From: the human T2T-CHM13v2.0 reference genome, Homo sapiens
Strand: one strand, 5' to 3'
Assembly: GCF_009914755.1 (NCBI RefSeq)
Contig: NC_060933.1
Length of the DNA: 64,000 nucleotides
Shown here piece by piece: positions 1 to 16,659 of the stretch. How positions within the stretch are numbered: the first letter of the stretch is position 1; every line of letters starts with the position of its first letter. The notes below the pieces were generated by a model that was given only the letters and a program-made list of their open reading frames with translations, did no database searches and was not told where the DNA came from. The position numbers and the translations under genes were made by a program.

Positions 1-267
1 AATGGTAGCATTCCCGTCAGTCAGAAATAGCCTGTGCTTTAGCAAGCAGGAGGCTGCCAGCATGTGAAGTTAGTTAGTACATGATAGGTTAGGTGAGGTT
101 AAGAAGAAATAGATAGTGTTATACCCACAAACTGTGTGGTAGTGTCAGAGAGGTGTTTCACATGTGTTTCAATGTGATAGATCTAATGTACTCTTCTGTT
201 TTTAAAAGAGAAAAAAAAATAGTACATTTCCCACCCCCAACACCCGTGCAGTAGTTTTTACTTGTAG

Positions 268-556
268 CAGTTCTGAATCCTGGTAACATATTAAAATTAC
301 CTGTAGAATTTTAAAAAATTGCTAAGGGACAAACTTCATTCCTAGCAATCTAAGATAACAGACCTGGGCATTAGTATTAAGGGCTCTACAGCTAATCTAA
401 CTTGCAACCAAGAATAGGAACCACTGCTTTATAGCAGTGCATCAGAATTTCCTGCAGGGCTATTTATTAGGTCTGGGCTAGGGCTTGAGAATTTGCATTT
501 CTAACAAGTTCCCAGTTGATCTTACTAGTAAGGCATCACATTTTGAGAATCACCAT
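268..556. mobile_element. Two adjacent MER5-type hAT-Charlie MITE remnants
   Basis: Motifs gcagttctgaatcctgg...gaaccactg and gcatcagaat...atttgcatttctaacaagttccc...tttgagaatcac. Confidence 0.65.
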
Positions 557-737
557 GAAGGCAATCTTAAAAAATCATCTGAGTGTAACTGATGGTCTGA
601 TTGTTACTCTTTTTTGAAAAATCATTGCTGGAGATATATTAAAATTAAAGACTAGCTCCGTGTATGTGGTTCCTTTTATGCTAAAAAGATTGATATTTCT
701 GTATTGTTTGCATGTTTTTACAATGAGCATTTTAATG

Positions 738-1028
<291 letters not shown>

Positions 1029-1889
1029 TTAAATCTTATTTAAATATTTTCTTGGAGGAAAAAGCCACATAAATAATAGCTAAAAATTGTATAGTACTTA
1101 ATAGTTTAAAAAGCTGACCAATTTACAATTATTAGTAGAGTAGCCTTTTTGAACTATTTAAAATAACTCATGGTTGTACTTTTTGTTTTTTTTTGGGGTT
1201 AAACCCCATTCTTTGAGAATCCTTCAAATTTCAGATTTTATGTTTTATATAGTCTCTTTAGGTATCTTAATAGAAGTAGCTCAAATAAACGGATTCATCT
1301 GCATTCAACAGAAATTTTATGCATCTTCAGTTTGGATAGTTGTTAAGATGGAAGGAATATTTCCTTTTTTCTATTCTTAAATATGCTGGGGAAGCGCAGA
1401 ACCATACAATGGGAATAATGAAGTACCTGGAAACAGAGAGGGAGAGACAGAGCTTATGGGTGCGGGTAAGGTTGGAGGAAATGGAACTTACCAGGCTTGG
1501 AAAGAGAGCAGCGGTAGCAGGAGGAGGAGGTGGCTTGTAACCTCTAGGAATGAAGGATCAAGGGGATGGATATGAGAGAGCTGCTGGATTCAGGAGCTTG
1601 GCCAAAGTCACAGAACTGTTAAATGGAAGAGTCCATTCCCAGATTTGGATCTCTGAGGCTCCTGTGTCCATTTTGTTTTCTGCAAAAATGTTAGGAAAAG
1701 GCAGGGGGGAGAGTCAGTTCTGATGAACCAACTCTGCAACAAATGGAGCAAGTGATCATTTTGTGACAATTATGAATCGTGAAAAAAGTCTCTAGATGGT
1801 AGGTACTGGCTTCTTTGCTGCTATATTTGGATATTGAAAATGTGTAGTCCTGAATAACAGGTTCCCATGTGACTTTCTGTGTCTTTCAG

Positions 1890-1991
1890 AAATCATCCTC
1901 ATCCTTTGATAACTGTGCTTGAACACAGACCTGATTGCTGGCCAGTGTTTTTGCAGCAGCTGACAGCGTTTTTCCAGCAGTGCCCTGAAAG
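1890..1991 (+). CDS. FOCAD: FOCAD internal coding exon (102 nt, phase 2/2): NHPHPLITVLEHRPDCWPVFLQQLTAFFQQCPE(R)
   Basis: Acceptor tctgtgtctttcag|A and donor AG|gtaatg. The open frame joins the next exon (AG|G = Arg). Peptide recognised as focadhesin N-terminal region. Confidence 0.93.
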
Positions 1992-2150
1992 GTAATGTAA
2001 AATAAAAGTGTAAAATAAAGTGAGGGAGACAGAATGGTATATGCTAATTTTAGAGCTAGGGTTTTTTTTTGTTTGTTTGTTTCTTTTTAGCTGCTTTGAT
2101 CTATAAAGTTTTCTCCTGAAGAACCATCCTAGAGCAGGTTGTAGTTTTCT

Positions 2151-3498
<1,348 letters not shown>

Positions 3499-4630
3499 TA
3501 AAAGAAAAAAATCTACCAGATTTATTGGTTGTTGAAATACTGAATATGAGAAAAGCTGTTATTAAGGAAGTTAAGCATTGGTAAGTGGTTAGGAAAGTTG
3601 GCTAGAATAATTCAGTAAGCTACTACACAATACATATAGGAGATAAGTTCTTCCCCTTGGACACTGGCTAATGAGTTAGTCTCTCCATTAGAAAACTGCC
3701 ATTTGAGATAAAGTATTACTGCCAAGTGGGATCAGATAGCCACCATATGTGCAGTTAGTGTACTTTCACCAAGGCCTCCTGATGGCTCTCAAAGCTACTC
3801 CCCTTTCTTCTATCCTTACTACCATGACGCTGGTTCAGGGCCTCAATATCTCTTGATGTGGCTCTTGCCACCTGTTCCTAACTGGTGTCTCTGCCTCCAG
3901 TCTTGTCCTGGTCAAATCCAGTCTCTAAACATCCCTCAGAAGGATATATCAAGAGAGCAGATCTTACAGTATCATTCCCATGCTTAAGTCTCTGTGGCTG
4001 TGGTTTTCAAACTGCACTTGCAGTGCATGGGCTAAGCATGGAGCATGTTCCCACCCCTTTGGCTCTGTTTTCATAGCACTTACTTGTTGATATCTTATGG
4101 AAGCTTTCTATGGGAAAACAAAAAGGATTGGTTTCTGAAACAGTTTGAAATTCCCTGGACTATAGGATAAAATCTAATATGTCATAGTAGGCTTAGTATA
4201 TGATGCAGTTCCAATCTATCTCACCAGCTTTATCTTTTCTTATCTTCATCTCGCAGTTTATGCTTTAGCAGTACAATGACTTGCCTTGTGTTCCACACAG
4301 GAAGCAGTGCTGTTTCCTTCTCTCCATGTTTTTACTTACTGGTATCTACTGTACTCTCTTGAATCTTACCCCACTCTCTTTCTGATAAATGTCTTTATTT
4401 GAAATCTCTGTTTAGGCATTTTTTTTGCCCTAGGGTCTTTTCTTACTAGAAGCTGTATTAGGTGTGTCTCTTGCATGGTTACATAATACCTTACAGTTGC
4501 GACATTATCATAATTACTCTCCTGTATTAACTGTGAAACCTTGAGGGCAGGGACTGTGTTTCATTATTCTCTGTATTAGTGATGCTTGGCACATTTCTAG
4601 GTGCTTTATAAATGTTGAATTTCTTTAAAT

Positions 4631-4681
4631 GAGGTTGCAGTGAGCGGAGATTGTACCACTGCACTTCAGCCTGGGTGACAG
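4631..4681 (+). mobile_element. Isolated ~50-nt internal Alu right-arm fragment
   Basis: gaggttgcagtgagcggagattgtaccactgcacttcagcctgggtgacag, with no poly(A) tail. Confidence 0.8.
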
Positions 4682-4844
4682 GTTGTTAATGAGTATATGA
4701 GTAGCGATTCACAACTATGGGAAGAAAGCAAAATGTTGTAAGGATAGCTAGCTATTTATGTTCATTTTAATATTATGTATATGTCCTAAAATGACAATAT
4801 ATCTTCATGCTAGATTTTTTGGGGGGGGGCGTTACAATTATTAT

Positions 4845-4969
4845 TATTTTTAAGAGATTGGGAGTCTGCTGTGTTGCCCAGGCTGAACATGAACTCCTGG
4901 GCTCAAGTGATCCTCCTGTCTCAGCCTTCTGAGTAGCTGGGACTATAGGCATGCACCTCTGCACACAGT
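4845..4969 (-). mobile_element. Free Alu monomer (FLAM-like)
   Basis: Single-monomer length; gttgcccaggctg...ctcctgggctcaagtgatcctcct...ggactataggc. Confidence 0.8.
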
Positions 4970-5184
4970 ATTTGGGTATTATTTTATAATTAAGTTCTGC
5001 ATTCATTTATTGAAGGCCTATGACTTTAACCTTTCAGGAACTGAGAATTTGAGAATGGTGCAAATTGATAATATCATGGATTTTAGGCTGGGTTACTTTA
5101 AGATTATCTAGTCTAACATAATTTTTCAGATGAGAGAACCGAGGAGAGCAACATTAAACGACTTACTGAAGGTTTCTTGGCTAG

Positions 5185-5519
<335 letters not shown>

Positions 5520-6454
5520 CAAGCCTCCATTTTTTTACTCTCTCTCTAGGTCTGTTTTTTTTAGTACTTCTCCCTCTGTGGTGAACTTAAATATAAAAGA
5601 CTTGTGTGTAGGTACATACATAATTGGTTACATTTGAAAACATTTTAAATCACTTTGGGATTTCAGATTATCTGTTTTTTTAATATTCATTTTTTCCTAA
5701 GCCCTGGTAATGTCTTACTCCACCGAAGTGATGATTAATCATCAGATACCACATGCAGAATCTAAAATCAGAACAGATTAAGCCAAGGGGATTTTTAAAT
5801 AGTATATTGTCCTTAAGGAAGTTCAACGTTTGCTCCTGATGTCAAATCATAATGGCATCTTGGAAATGTATTTCTTTATATGAACCTTACATTTCACCTT
5901 CAGCATCTCAAAGTAGAAGAAAACCGATAAGCCATCCATGGATGCTGTTGACACCCGGATAGTATTTATTCTTTGGGGAATACATTATTAAAGAGAGATG
6001 GAGAAGGAAGTTTCTTAAATCTCTTTTCTGGGAACTTTCACTTTGTATTTCATACATACATTATCTGATTCCTTCATCTATCTTTTTTTAGTTTCCGAAA
6101 GTAGAAGGTGTGATAAAGATATATGTTTCAGTAATAATTTTGAAGTGAAAAGTCCTTTTGATTTTTATAGATTGTATAAGTATTTGAGCTTATGATAAAA
6201 AAATTTCTTCAGACTGTGAGCTCTATGAGAGCAGGAACTTAATCTATTTTTATTTCTTGTTTTGTTTCCATCACGTAGATGAGTGAGGTATACTGTAGGT
6301 GATCAGTAAATTTTACCAAGTGAATAAATTAATGAATGAATAAAATTTAATTGGCTTGGTAACTTTTACATTTTTATTAATCTTAATGGCATTTTGAAAT
6401 CACATTGCTATGAAATGTATGGTATTGTAAGACTATGTTGTCAAGCGTTATTTA

Positions 6455-6717
6455 TTTTATTATAATTAAAAAGAATTCCCTTTTATTTTAGATTCAGGGG
6501 TGTATGTGCAGATCTGTTGGAAGGGTATATTGTGTAGTGCTGAGGTTTGGCCTTTTATTGATTCTGTCACCCCGTAGTGAACAAAGTGCCTAACAGGAAA
6601 ATTTTCAGCCCTTGCCCCCCTCCTTCCCACCCTCCGTTTGGAGTCCCTTGTGTCTGTTGTTCCCATCTTCATGTCTGTGTGAACCCAAGGTTTAGCTCCC
6701 ACTCTTAAATGAGAACG
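6455..6717 (-). mobile_element. 5'-truncated old L1PA (PA15/16-like) 3' end
   Basis: L1 3'UTR motifs (tatgtgcagatctgtt...tttagctcccactctt...gagaac); degenerate TSD gtcaagcRtWattta at 6440 and 6718. Confidence 0.75.
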
Positions 6718-7129
6718 GTCAAGCATAATTTAAATACCGTTTCTTCCGTGAAGCAATTGCACTTTATACCTTTCTTTTGGCAGTTGTCACTTTCTATCAT
6801 CTAGTTCAGGATCATAACTGATTGTCTCTGTCAGACTGTATGCTTCTTGAGGATAGATAATTCTTATTTCATCTTTGTATCTTATCTAATCATTCCTTAT
6901 ATATAAGAATGTGAAAAACATTAGAAAATAAAGTCATGACATTTAATTGCATGCTCATTATAAAACTACTCTGTAACTTAGTGTAACTGAATTAATTAAA
7001 TGATTGAGCATCTCTTTGAAGGCCTAGTATGTACAGTTATTGGTGATAATAGCAGTAAACAGAAATCCGTGGCCTCATTTGGTTTATAGTCTGGCAGGGG
7101 GATACAGATATTAAGTATGTAATAATAAC

Positions 7130-7277
7130 AGCTTGTAATCTCAGCTACTTGGGAGACTGAGGCAGGAGGATTGCTTGAGCCTAGAAATTCAAGGCTGAAG
7201 TGCACTATTATTGTGCCTGTGAATAGCCATTGCACTCTAGCCTGGGCAATGTAGCAAGACACTGTCTCTTAAAAAAA
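7130..7277 (+). mobile_element. FAM (fossil Alu monomer), nested in an L2 remnant
   Basis: Retains the 7SL-derived cctgtgaatagccattgcactc segment that dimeric Alus lack; short A tail. Confidence 0.8.
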
Positions 7278-8047
7278 TGTAATGGCAATAAAGGCATTGT
7301 ATCTTAAAAGCACATTTGATGTGATCTGATCAAGGTGAAGTGTCAAGGAAGGACCTGAGAAAGTCATTTTAAAGCAGATAACTGAAGGATGATAGAAGCT
7401 AGGTAGGGAGAAGGAATAGGAAGGGTAGAAGGGGAGAATATTACAGGTAGAGGGAATAGCAAGTGAGAAGAAAGCCCAGATGGCTTGATAAAGACCTGAA
7501 AGGAGTTTAGTGTGGTTTAGTGGTGAATGAAGAGCAAGAAATGAAGCTGGAAAGATAAACAGAGGCCAAATGATGGAGGGTGTGTGTGAATTGGGCTAGA
7601 TACTGTTTAGGCTAGTTAATGACATGACCATATTTTTATTTTCGATGATCATTCCGGTGTTTTAGTGAATTTGGACTAGGAGTTTTCAGGATATAGTGAA
7701 ATCTAAATAGATACAAAAGATTTGTAGGGTGGGAAGTGCTTAAGAAGACCTTGACAAATTATTTCACCTCTCTCTCCTTCAGTTTCTTTATCCGTGTTAT
7801 AAGGATAATATTATTTTTTATTTCATAGGGTTGTGGTGAGGATTAAATGGATTTAAAGACATAACATGCAGTAACTTGAACACTGTAAGGGTTAACAGGT
7901 TAACAAGTAAATGTTAACTGTCATCATAATCATCTTGGGATGTTTGTCTGGATTTCTTTTATGTAGATCCTCACCTGTAGAGTTTTTCCAAAAATGCATG
8001 TTTGTGTCATACTCCTGGAGAGGTGATCCTGACATCTGTAATTCTAG

Positions 8048-8357
<310 letters not shown>

Positions 8358-8670
8358 AGATGATTCTTGTGTTCACTAAACACTGATTTCAGAGATGTAG
8401 TTGCTATTCTAATGTGCAAATAGAGACTGTCTTCATCCTGGGCATCTAGCTTACAGTCTCCAGGTGTTGAATAATTTTCCTCAGTGTACAAAGAACTGTT
8501 TGGCATAGATGTAGGCAGGTCATAGCGGAATAGAAGAATCATAAAAAGAAGTTACACTTGATGATATGGTAGATTATGTTATGTCATGAACTATAAGTTG
8601 ATATTTGCCACTTACCTGCTTGATAGTGTGTTTAACTCAATAACTGGCTAATGTATTTCATGTCTTATAG

Positions 8671-8875
8671 GTCAGAAGTTTCATGCATTCAAATAATGGC
8701 ACCATTTCTGTGGTATCTGTATTGTGAACCATCTCAGTTACAAGAATATGCTAAACTCCGACTAGCCCTGCTGAAAGTCTTACTTCAACCCCAGGTTCTT
8801 TGTGACAAAGATCAACCATCAATACTGGAACAGCAGATACTTCAACTGTGTTGTGACATAGTTCCATGTTTGCAG
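8671..8875 (+). CDS. FOCAD: FOCAD coding exon (205 nt, phase 2/0): SEVSCIQIMAPFLWYLYCEP...LCCDIVPCLQ
   Basis: Acceptor tcttatag|G and donor CAG|gtaagg. Lies within ORF 8651..8920; frame is continuous with the flanking exons. Confidence 0.95.
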
Positions 8876-10409
8876 GTAAGGTCTTTGTCCTCCTCCACAG
8901 ATATAGGTCAGCATCAGTAAGTGTTGTTATTGTCATAGACAAAGTAGTTCTAGAACATAAGTGATTTGGCAAACTCAGACATGATCCTCGCTCTAGAAAT
9001 GCTTACAGTCTTTTGGGGAAGATGAAAGAAACAAAATCTAGATTTAATATGAATATATTATATTCGATATTAACTAAATACACAGAAATTATAAATCGAC
9101 ATAGTCCATTCTGGGAATAGCAAGCATGAAAACTTTCCTTTGTTTAAGAAACAGTTATCAGGTAAAAGATTTTGAGTTGAGTTTCTTCTGTGTAGACATT
9201 GGGACAGTAACAAGGAAAAAAAAGACCTCTGTGCACATTGGAAAAAAAAAAAAGATGTGTCTCAGAGCATAAATAGCTCTGAGGATGCAAAGCCTGGCCA
9301 GCTGAGTGCCAGCTAGATTCCAGCTTCCACATGTCCCCTTGCAACATATGCAGCAGCTCTCAGGGATCCTGCTCTTGAGAAGCACACATGTAGTAAATGA
9401 GTTAGGACAAGTACTGTACATATATTCTTACAATTCAAAGTAGAAAGATGAAAGGTGGTTAACAGAGGTATGGATAAAACACGGACACAGTTCAGGGGAA
9501 AGAGAAATTTGAGTCATTGTCTCTATAACTGCATATGAAAAAAAATCCAGTTGCCCAGGTGTTGTGATTTTAGTGTAGTGATTCATTTATCAGTCCATCT
9601 CTTCCCATCATCTAGGTTTGCTATTTGCCTGGAATCGCAGCACCATGCTGCTTAGCTGATGGAGGGAATCTGTGAACATATTTCAAAACGATCACTTGAG
9701 GTCACACATGACCTGCTTTAAGTTTGTGTTAGCAGGGAGTGACTTGAGTAAATCTTTCCTCTGCGACTTATAAATAGGCTTTCCTGTAATCAAGGCAGAG
9801 AAAATTTAATTAAAATGAATTCTCCTGTGGCTTTTCCAAAGCTTTTGTTTTGTGTGGGCAATAAAGCAATGTATAGGCAGAACATCTTGAACTAGGGTAC
9901 ATTTTTCACGTCATGGCTGCATTACCCTGTTCTGTGCTCCTTGGCAAAGGTTTGTCTTCATCTTATGAACCTGTGTTGACAGGCTTAAATGCTTTTAGAA
10001 ATGAGCTCGGTGGAATATTTCTGGGAATCTGTGGCTTTTTAACCTAACAGTTATGTAAGAAAAAAGGGGATACATCATTTGGAAGTACTGGAACTAGTGA
10101 CAGTAGCATACTTAATCAATTTAACAAATCAGCTTTATTAGAATGAAGCGTGTGAGGGTTGGACGTGGTCTTAGAGACAATATAATCCATTTACCACTCA
10201 ATACAGATGTTTCTTATACTCTCTGAAACATGACTATCTCATGGCTAATTGAATATTTTAGTGATAGAGGAAGCGTACTATTTTGCAAGGCAACCATTTT
10301 TTTTAGCAAGTACTTTTTGACCTTCATTTTTCTCATTCATTCATTTCCATTCTTCTCAGAACAAAATGAAATAAGCTTTTAAAAAAACCCCATCTGTATC
10401 CTATCTTAT

Positions 10410-10502
10410 TTTTCTCCCTTCTTTCCTTCCCGTTTTTCCTTCCTTCCTTTCCTCCTCACCTCCCTCCCTTCCTTATTTTTTTCTTCACTTTCTTAATCTC
10501 TC
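10410..10502. repeat. Pyrimidine-rich (TTCC/CCT) low-complexity tract
   Basis: About 90 nt consisting almost only of C and T. Confidence 0.75.
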
Positions 10503-10631
10503 CATTGCAAATGGTTTCCCGACTTTTCTCTGTTTTGTTTTGCCAGGAATTTTCTAGTTTATTGTTGCTCAAAATATGCTACTATGAAATGATCATCTTA
10601 GAGATGACTACAATGCTGTTGATGTGGTCTT

Positions 10632-12431
<1,800 letters not shown>

Positions 12432-13833
12432 TTATACTGAGCACTAAGACAGAATCACATTTAAATTTTAAAATACAAGCTTTAGAAATAACCATGCAAC
12501 CTTGTTGACCAATCATGAAAGAATGGTCAGTGAAACTCCTTTTTCTGTTTCTTCTCCTTCCAGTTGCTCTTTCATTTTATAGATGTAGAATAGTCCTTTT
12601 CATTTTAATTGCGACTCTTGTCACCTCACATATTACCTATTATATTATTAAATAATATATTTCTACATAAAGACAGAATGTTACTTCAAAATTATGCTTG
12701 TTTAGAACTTTGATAATGTTAAAGATTAGAGAGCCTTTAATGCTAGGTTGCTGAGATTGTCTTTTGAACCTTTTTTTGTTATGGAAAATTAGAAATGTAC
12801 ACATAAATGCACTCAAGGAAATATATTGTCAAGTAAACATTAGGCTTTATTTTAAATCCGTCTCTTCTCTGTGGCCTTTTGACTTTCCTACTGTGTGTTT
12901 GCAAGAGAGCAAAATAATTTATACCAGACTGTTTATTTTTTATAACAATGTTTTCTGCTATTTCTTCTCTTTGATCTTTTAATATCTTTTTTCTCTTGTT
13001 TGCTAGCAACTAATTTTTCTCTCTGTGTATAACTAATAGTCATTTGGGTTATTATGGTGATAACCACTGGTAAAAGGTACTGCCGGTCAACCGTAGGCTT
13101 TCTTCTTGATGAATTTAGCAGACATAGGCTCCTGATTGAAGCAGATGGTCCGTTGTTTGTAATCTCTGGGAAATGCCAATGTGTCTGTGAGCAGGACCAT
13201 ATCCTTAATACCAACTCCAGAATTTTGATCAGAACAGCTGGGTTTGAATTGCATTGGGATTTTCAAGAGCACCCAGGTCCTTCCTATCTAATACATTAGC
13301 CTGTTGAGAAGACACTCTACCATTTGAATATGGTCTTTTACTATATCTGCCAAGTGTGGAGATGATACTCTCAGTTAAGGCTGCCTGAGCAAGTATCTTG
13401 CAGATAAAGGGCTTAGTACCGTGTTAGAATAACATGCTGACTCTTTACTATCAGGTATCTATGTTGGAATTGTAGAAATGAGAGTTCATTTGGAGAATTC
13501 AAAACTAAACTTAATTTCCCTCAACATGTTGTCATTGTCATGTAACTTGTTTTAAGACATCTGCACTCAGACAAGCTAGAAAAATGAAAGAAAAGAAATT
13601 TGTACCAGCCAGCAGTAACAAAAACAGTAGCAAATTGGATTTTGGTTAATAACCAGAGGATAAGGTGCAGTTGTATAGTTAATCCTTCATGGAGTTCTGT
13701 AACTTTTTTTCATCTCCTTTAAGTCTTTATAGGTTTAGAGAAAAAATTACATTGTTCAAAGCTTTTTGTGTACTTTAAAATTATCTTTTGGTTTGTGTAT
13801 TTTTTAATATCATATAATGACTTTTTTAAACAG

Positions 13834-14040
13834 GTAAAAGATTTGATACAGACAACAGAGGCGATGATGTTTATTGAGGAAGTATGTTTAAGCCTTTTGC
13901 GTCATCCTGTTTTCTGGAAAATTCAGCTTACCCAGATGAGTCTTCAGCTGCTGTGTGTCAGTGAAGTCAGCTTAAAGATAACTGGTGAATGTTCATCTTC
14001 AATTCACCTTTTAGAGCACAGTGTTGAACTTCTGAAGGAG
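13834..14040 (+). CDS. FOCAD: FOCAD coding exon (207 nt, phase 0/0): VKDLIQTTEAMMFIEEV...HSVELLKE
   Basis: Acceptor ttttttaaacag|GTA and donor GAG|gtaagg. Lies within ORF 13768..14094. Confidence 0.95.
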
Positions 14041-14053
14041 GTAAGGATAGTAG

Positions 14054-14467
14054 TATATTATACTGTTCATGCATTGCTATTAAGAAATACCTGAGACTTG
14101 GTAATTTATAAAGAAATGAGGTTTAATTGGCTTACAGTCTGGCAGGCTGTACAGGATGCATGGTGCTGGCATCTGCTTAGCTTCTGGGGAGGCCTCAGGA
14201 AACTTACAATCATGGTGGAAGGTGAAGCAGGAGCCAGCACTTCACATGGCTGGTGTAGGAGTGAGAGAGAGGAGTGGCGAGATACTACACGCTTTTAAAC
14301 AACCAGATCTCAATCACTATCACAAGAACAGCACCAGGAGGATTGTGCTAAACCATTCATGAGGAACACCTTTGTGATCCAGTCATCTGCACCAGACCCC
14401 ACTTCTAACATTGGGGATTACAATTTGACATGAGATTTGGGCAGGGGCATAGATCCAAACCATATCA
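14054..14467 (-). mobile_element. MST (MaLR) solo LTR
   Basis: aagaaatacctgagac...gaggtttaattggc...ggaggcctcaggaaacttacaatcatgg; ends ccaaaccatatca, the reverse complement of the TGATATGGTTTGG LTR start. Confidence 0.88.
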
Positions 14468-15221
14468 GATAGACGTTTTATTGTGTCAGTTATCACTCAA
14501 GTGAGTCTTTCAATAACTGGGTGGATCTGCTCATTTAGTTTGCATATTAGAGGCATTTTGATCTAATACCATTAGCGCATATTGCTATTGCACTACTGGT
14601 AATATCATTTATTAGAAAAAGAAATCATTAAAATACTCTTCGGATCATCAATTAAAGATCACCACTGTGACTTTTTTTTCATTTATTCATGCAGAACATA
14701 TAGTAATATGCCAGGCTTTATAGAATACATAGATGAAAAGGTAAATTCTATGACCTCAAGAGACTTACAGACATGCAAATAACTAAATTATAGTACAATA
14801 AGAGAAAGGATTTTATGGGAGTATATTTAAAATGTAATGGGAGAACAAGTTTCAGGAGGTAGGGCATGAGTTGAGATTCGAAGACTGAATGGAATGTGCC
14901 TGGTACAAGGGCCTGGGAAGGGCATTCCAGCTGTAGAACAGCATGTGCCCAAATAGAGAGACATGAAAGAGTAGTCAGGCTTGGCTTATTCAAAAAAACA
15001 AGAGGATGTTGGGTATTGTTGAAGGATTAAGCTGTGGCAAATAGGGCTGGGCTTGTCTTCCATGCCACACAAATGAGTTTACATTTTATCCTCTAGGCAA
15101 TGACATGCTGTTTGAGACCTTTCAGCAGATCTCATTTTTTAATGTGTGGAAGATCTTTCTCGTAGGAAGATGGAGGAGGGTTTGGGACCGCACACCACTA
15201 ATAGGGTAGGAAGTGAGGAGG

Positions 15222-15860
15222 ATGTCTTAGGCAGGCTACCACAGACTGGGTGGCTTAACCAACAAAAATGTATTTATTGGTTGGGTGCAGTGGCTCTCAC
15301 CTGTAATCCCAGCACTTTGGGAGGCCGAGGCAGGCAGATTATGTGAGGCCAGGAGTTCGAGAGCAGCCTGACCAACATGGTGAAACTTCGCCTCTACTAA
15401 AAATACAAAAAATTAGCTGGGTGTGGTGTTGCATGCCTGTAATCTACTCATGATGCTGAGGCAGGAGAATTGTTTGAACCCTGGAGGCAGAGGTTGCAGT
15501 GAGCCGAGATTGTGCCACTGCACTCCAGCCTGGGCGACACAGCAGGACTTTGTCTCAAAATACATAAATAAACAAATAAAATTATTTCTCAAAGTTCTGA
15601 AGGCTGGAGAGTCCAAGCACAGGGTGCTGGCTGATTCTGTTCTTGATGAGGACTCTTAATGGCTTGCAGCTGGCTTTCCTCGCATGATAGGGAGAATATG
15701 AGCTCTGTGGTGTCTTATGAGGATACTATCCAGATTGGATTATGGCCCCACCCTGATGACCTCACTTAACCTTAATGACTTCCTTACTCCAAATACAGTC
15801 ACTTGAGGGTTAGGGCTTTAACAAATACATTTTGAGAGGACACAGTTCAGCCCATAGTGA
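15222..15860 (-). mobile_element. MLT1A-type MaLR solo LTR split by an Alu
   Basis: accacagactgggtggctta...[Alu]...ctggagagtccaag...cacagttcagcccatag. Confidence 0.75.
15279..15580 (+). mobile_element. AluS, full length, inside the MLT1 LTR
   Basis: ggttgggtgcagtggctc...ttgtctcaaaatacataaataaac. Confidence 0.9.
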
Positions 15861-16659
15861 GGGCCTAATGAGGGAAATGGAAGTGGGAAAAGGGAGACAT
15901 AGAAGACAGAATCAGTAGGGCTTTATGATTGATTAGATGGTCAAGGAGAAGGGTCCTTGATAGAATCTCAGCTTTCTATTTTGGGCTACTGGATGATGCC
16001 ATTCACTTTGAGAAATGGTAGCTGATGTTGGAGGGAAGATGATTAATTAGATTTCAGATATGCTTGACTTGAGGTATGTATGGATCAGACATCGTTGGAT
16101 ATATGGTTTTGAAATTTAGGCTAGAAGTCTAGGCTAAAGGTGTACATTTGTAGACATTAACTTTGGGGTGGGGATTTTAAACACGGGACTGGGTGACAGG
16201 GCTTGTGGTGGAACTCTGGGGTGTTTGTGGTGGTTATTTGGAATTTACTGATAAAGAGGAATCTGAGAAAATATGTCTAGAAGGATCATATATAACCAGC
16301 AGAGACAGATGACAAGAAAATCAAGGGAAGGAATATCTCAATAACAGGGAGTGGTCAGCAGTGTCATGTGTCATGGAGCGATGATGTAAAAGTAAGGGAT
16401 GGAAAGTATTCTTAGGATATAGCATATAAAAGCTTATTGTTAACATTAGAGGGGCAGTTTCAGCAGGGTGGTGGTGGTTGGGGGGCGTGGAAATTGGAAT
16501 TAAGGGAGTGTGAATGGCAGGTGAGGAAATGAGAGAGTAAATGTAGATTTTGATGGAAGTTGGGAGCCCAGGAAGACTCAAGTATTACAAGTCATTTGTC
16601 AATTTGCCAATCTTATGATTAGAATGATTTTATATATACTGGGACTCTAAATAACATGT

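Larger units (their letters stand above)
14675..16560. mobile_element. Fragmented L2 remnant, interrupted by MLT1 and Alu
   Basis: ttcatttattcat 3'-end motif at ~14678, then purine-rich L2-like sequence (ggcattccagc, cattttatcct, gattgattagatgg, gagtggtcagcagtgtca). Confidence 0.6.

Noticed and set aside
9510-9516. AP-1 sites TGAGTCA/TGACTCA (also ~19215 and ~55866)
   Set aside because: A 7-mer is expected several times by chance in 64 kb, and there is no supporting context.
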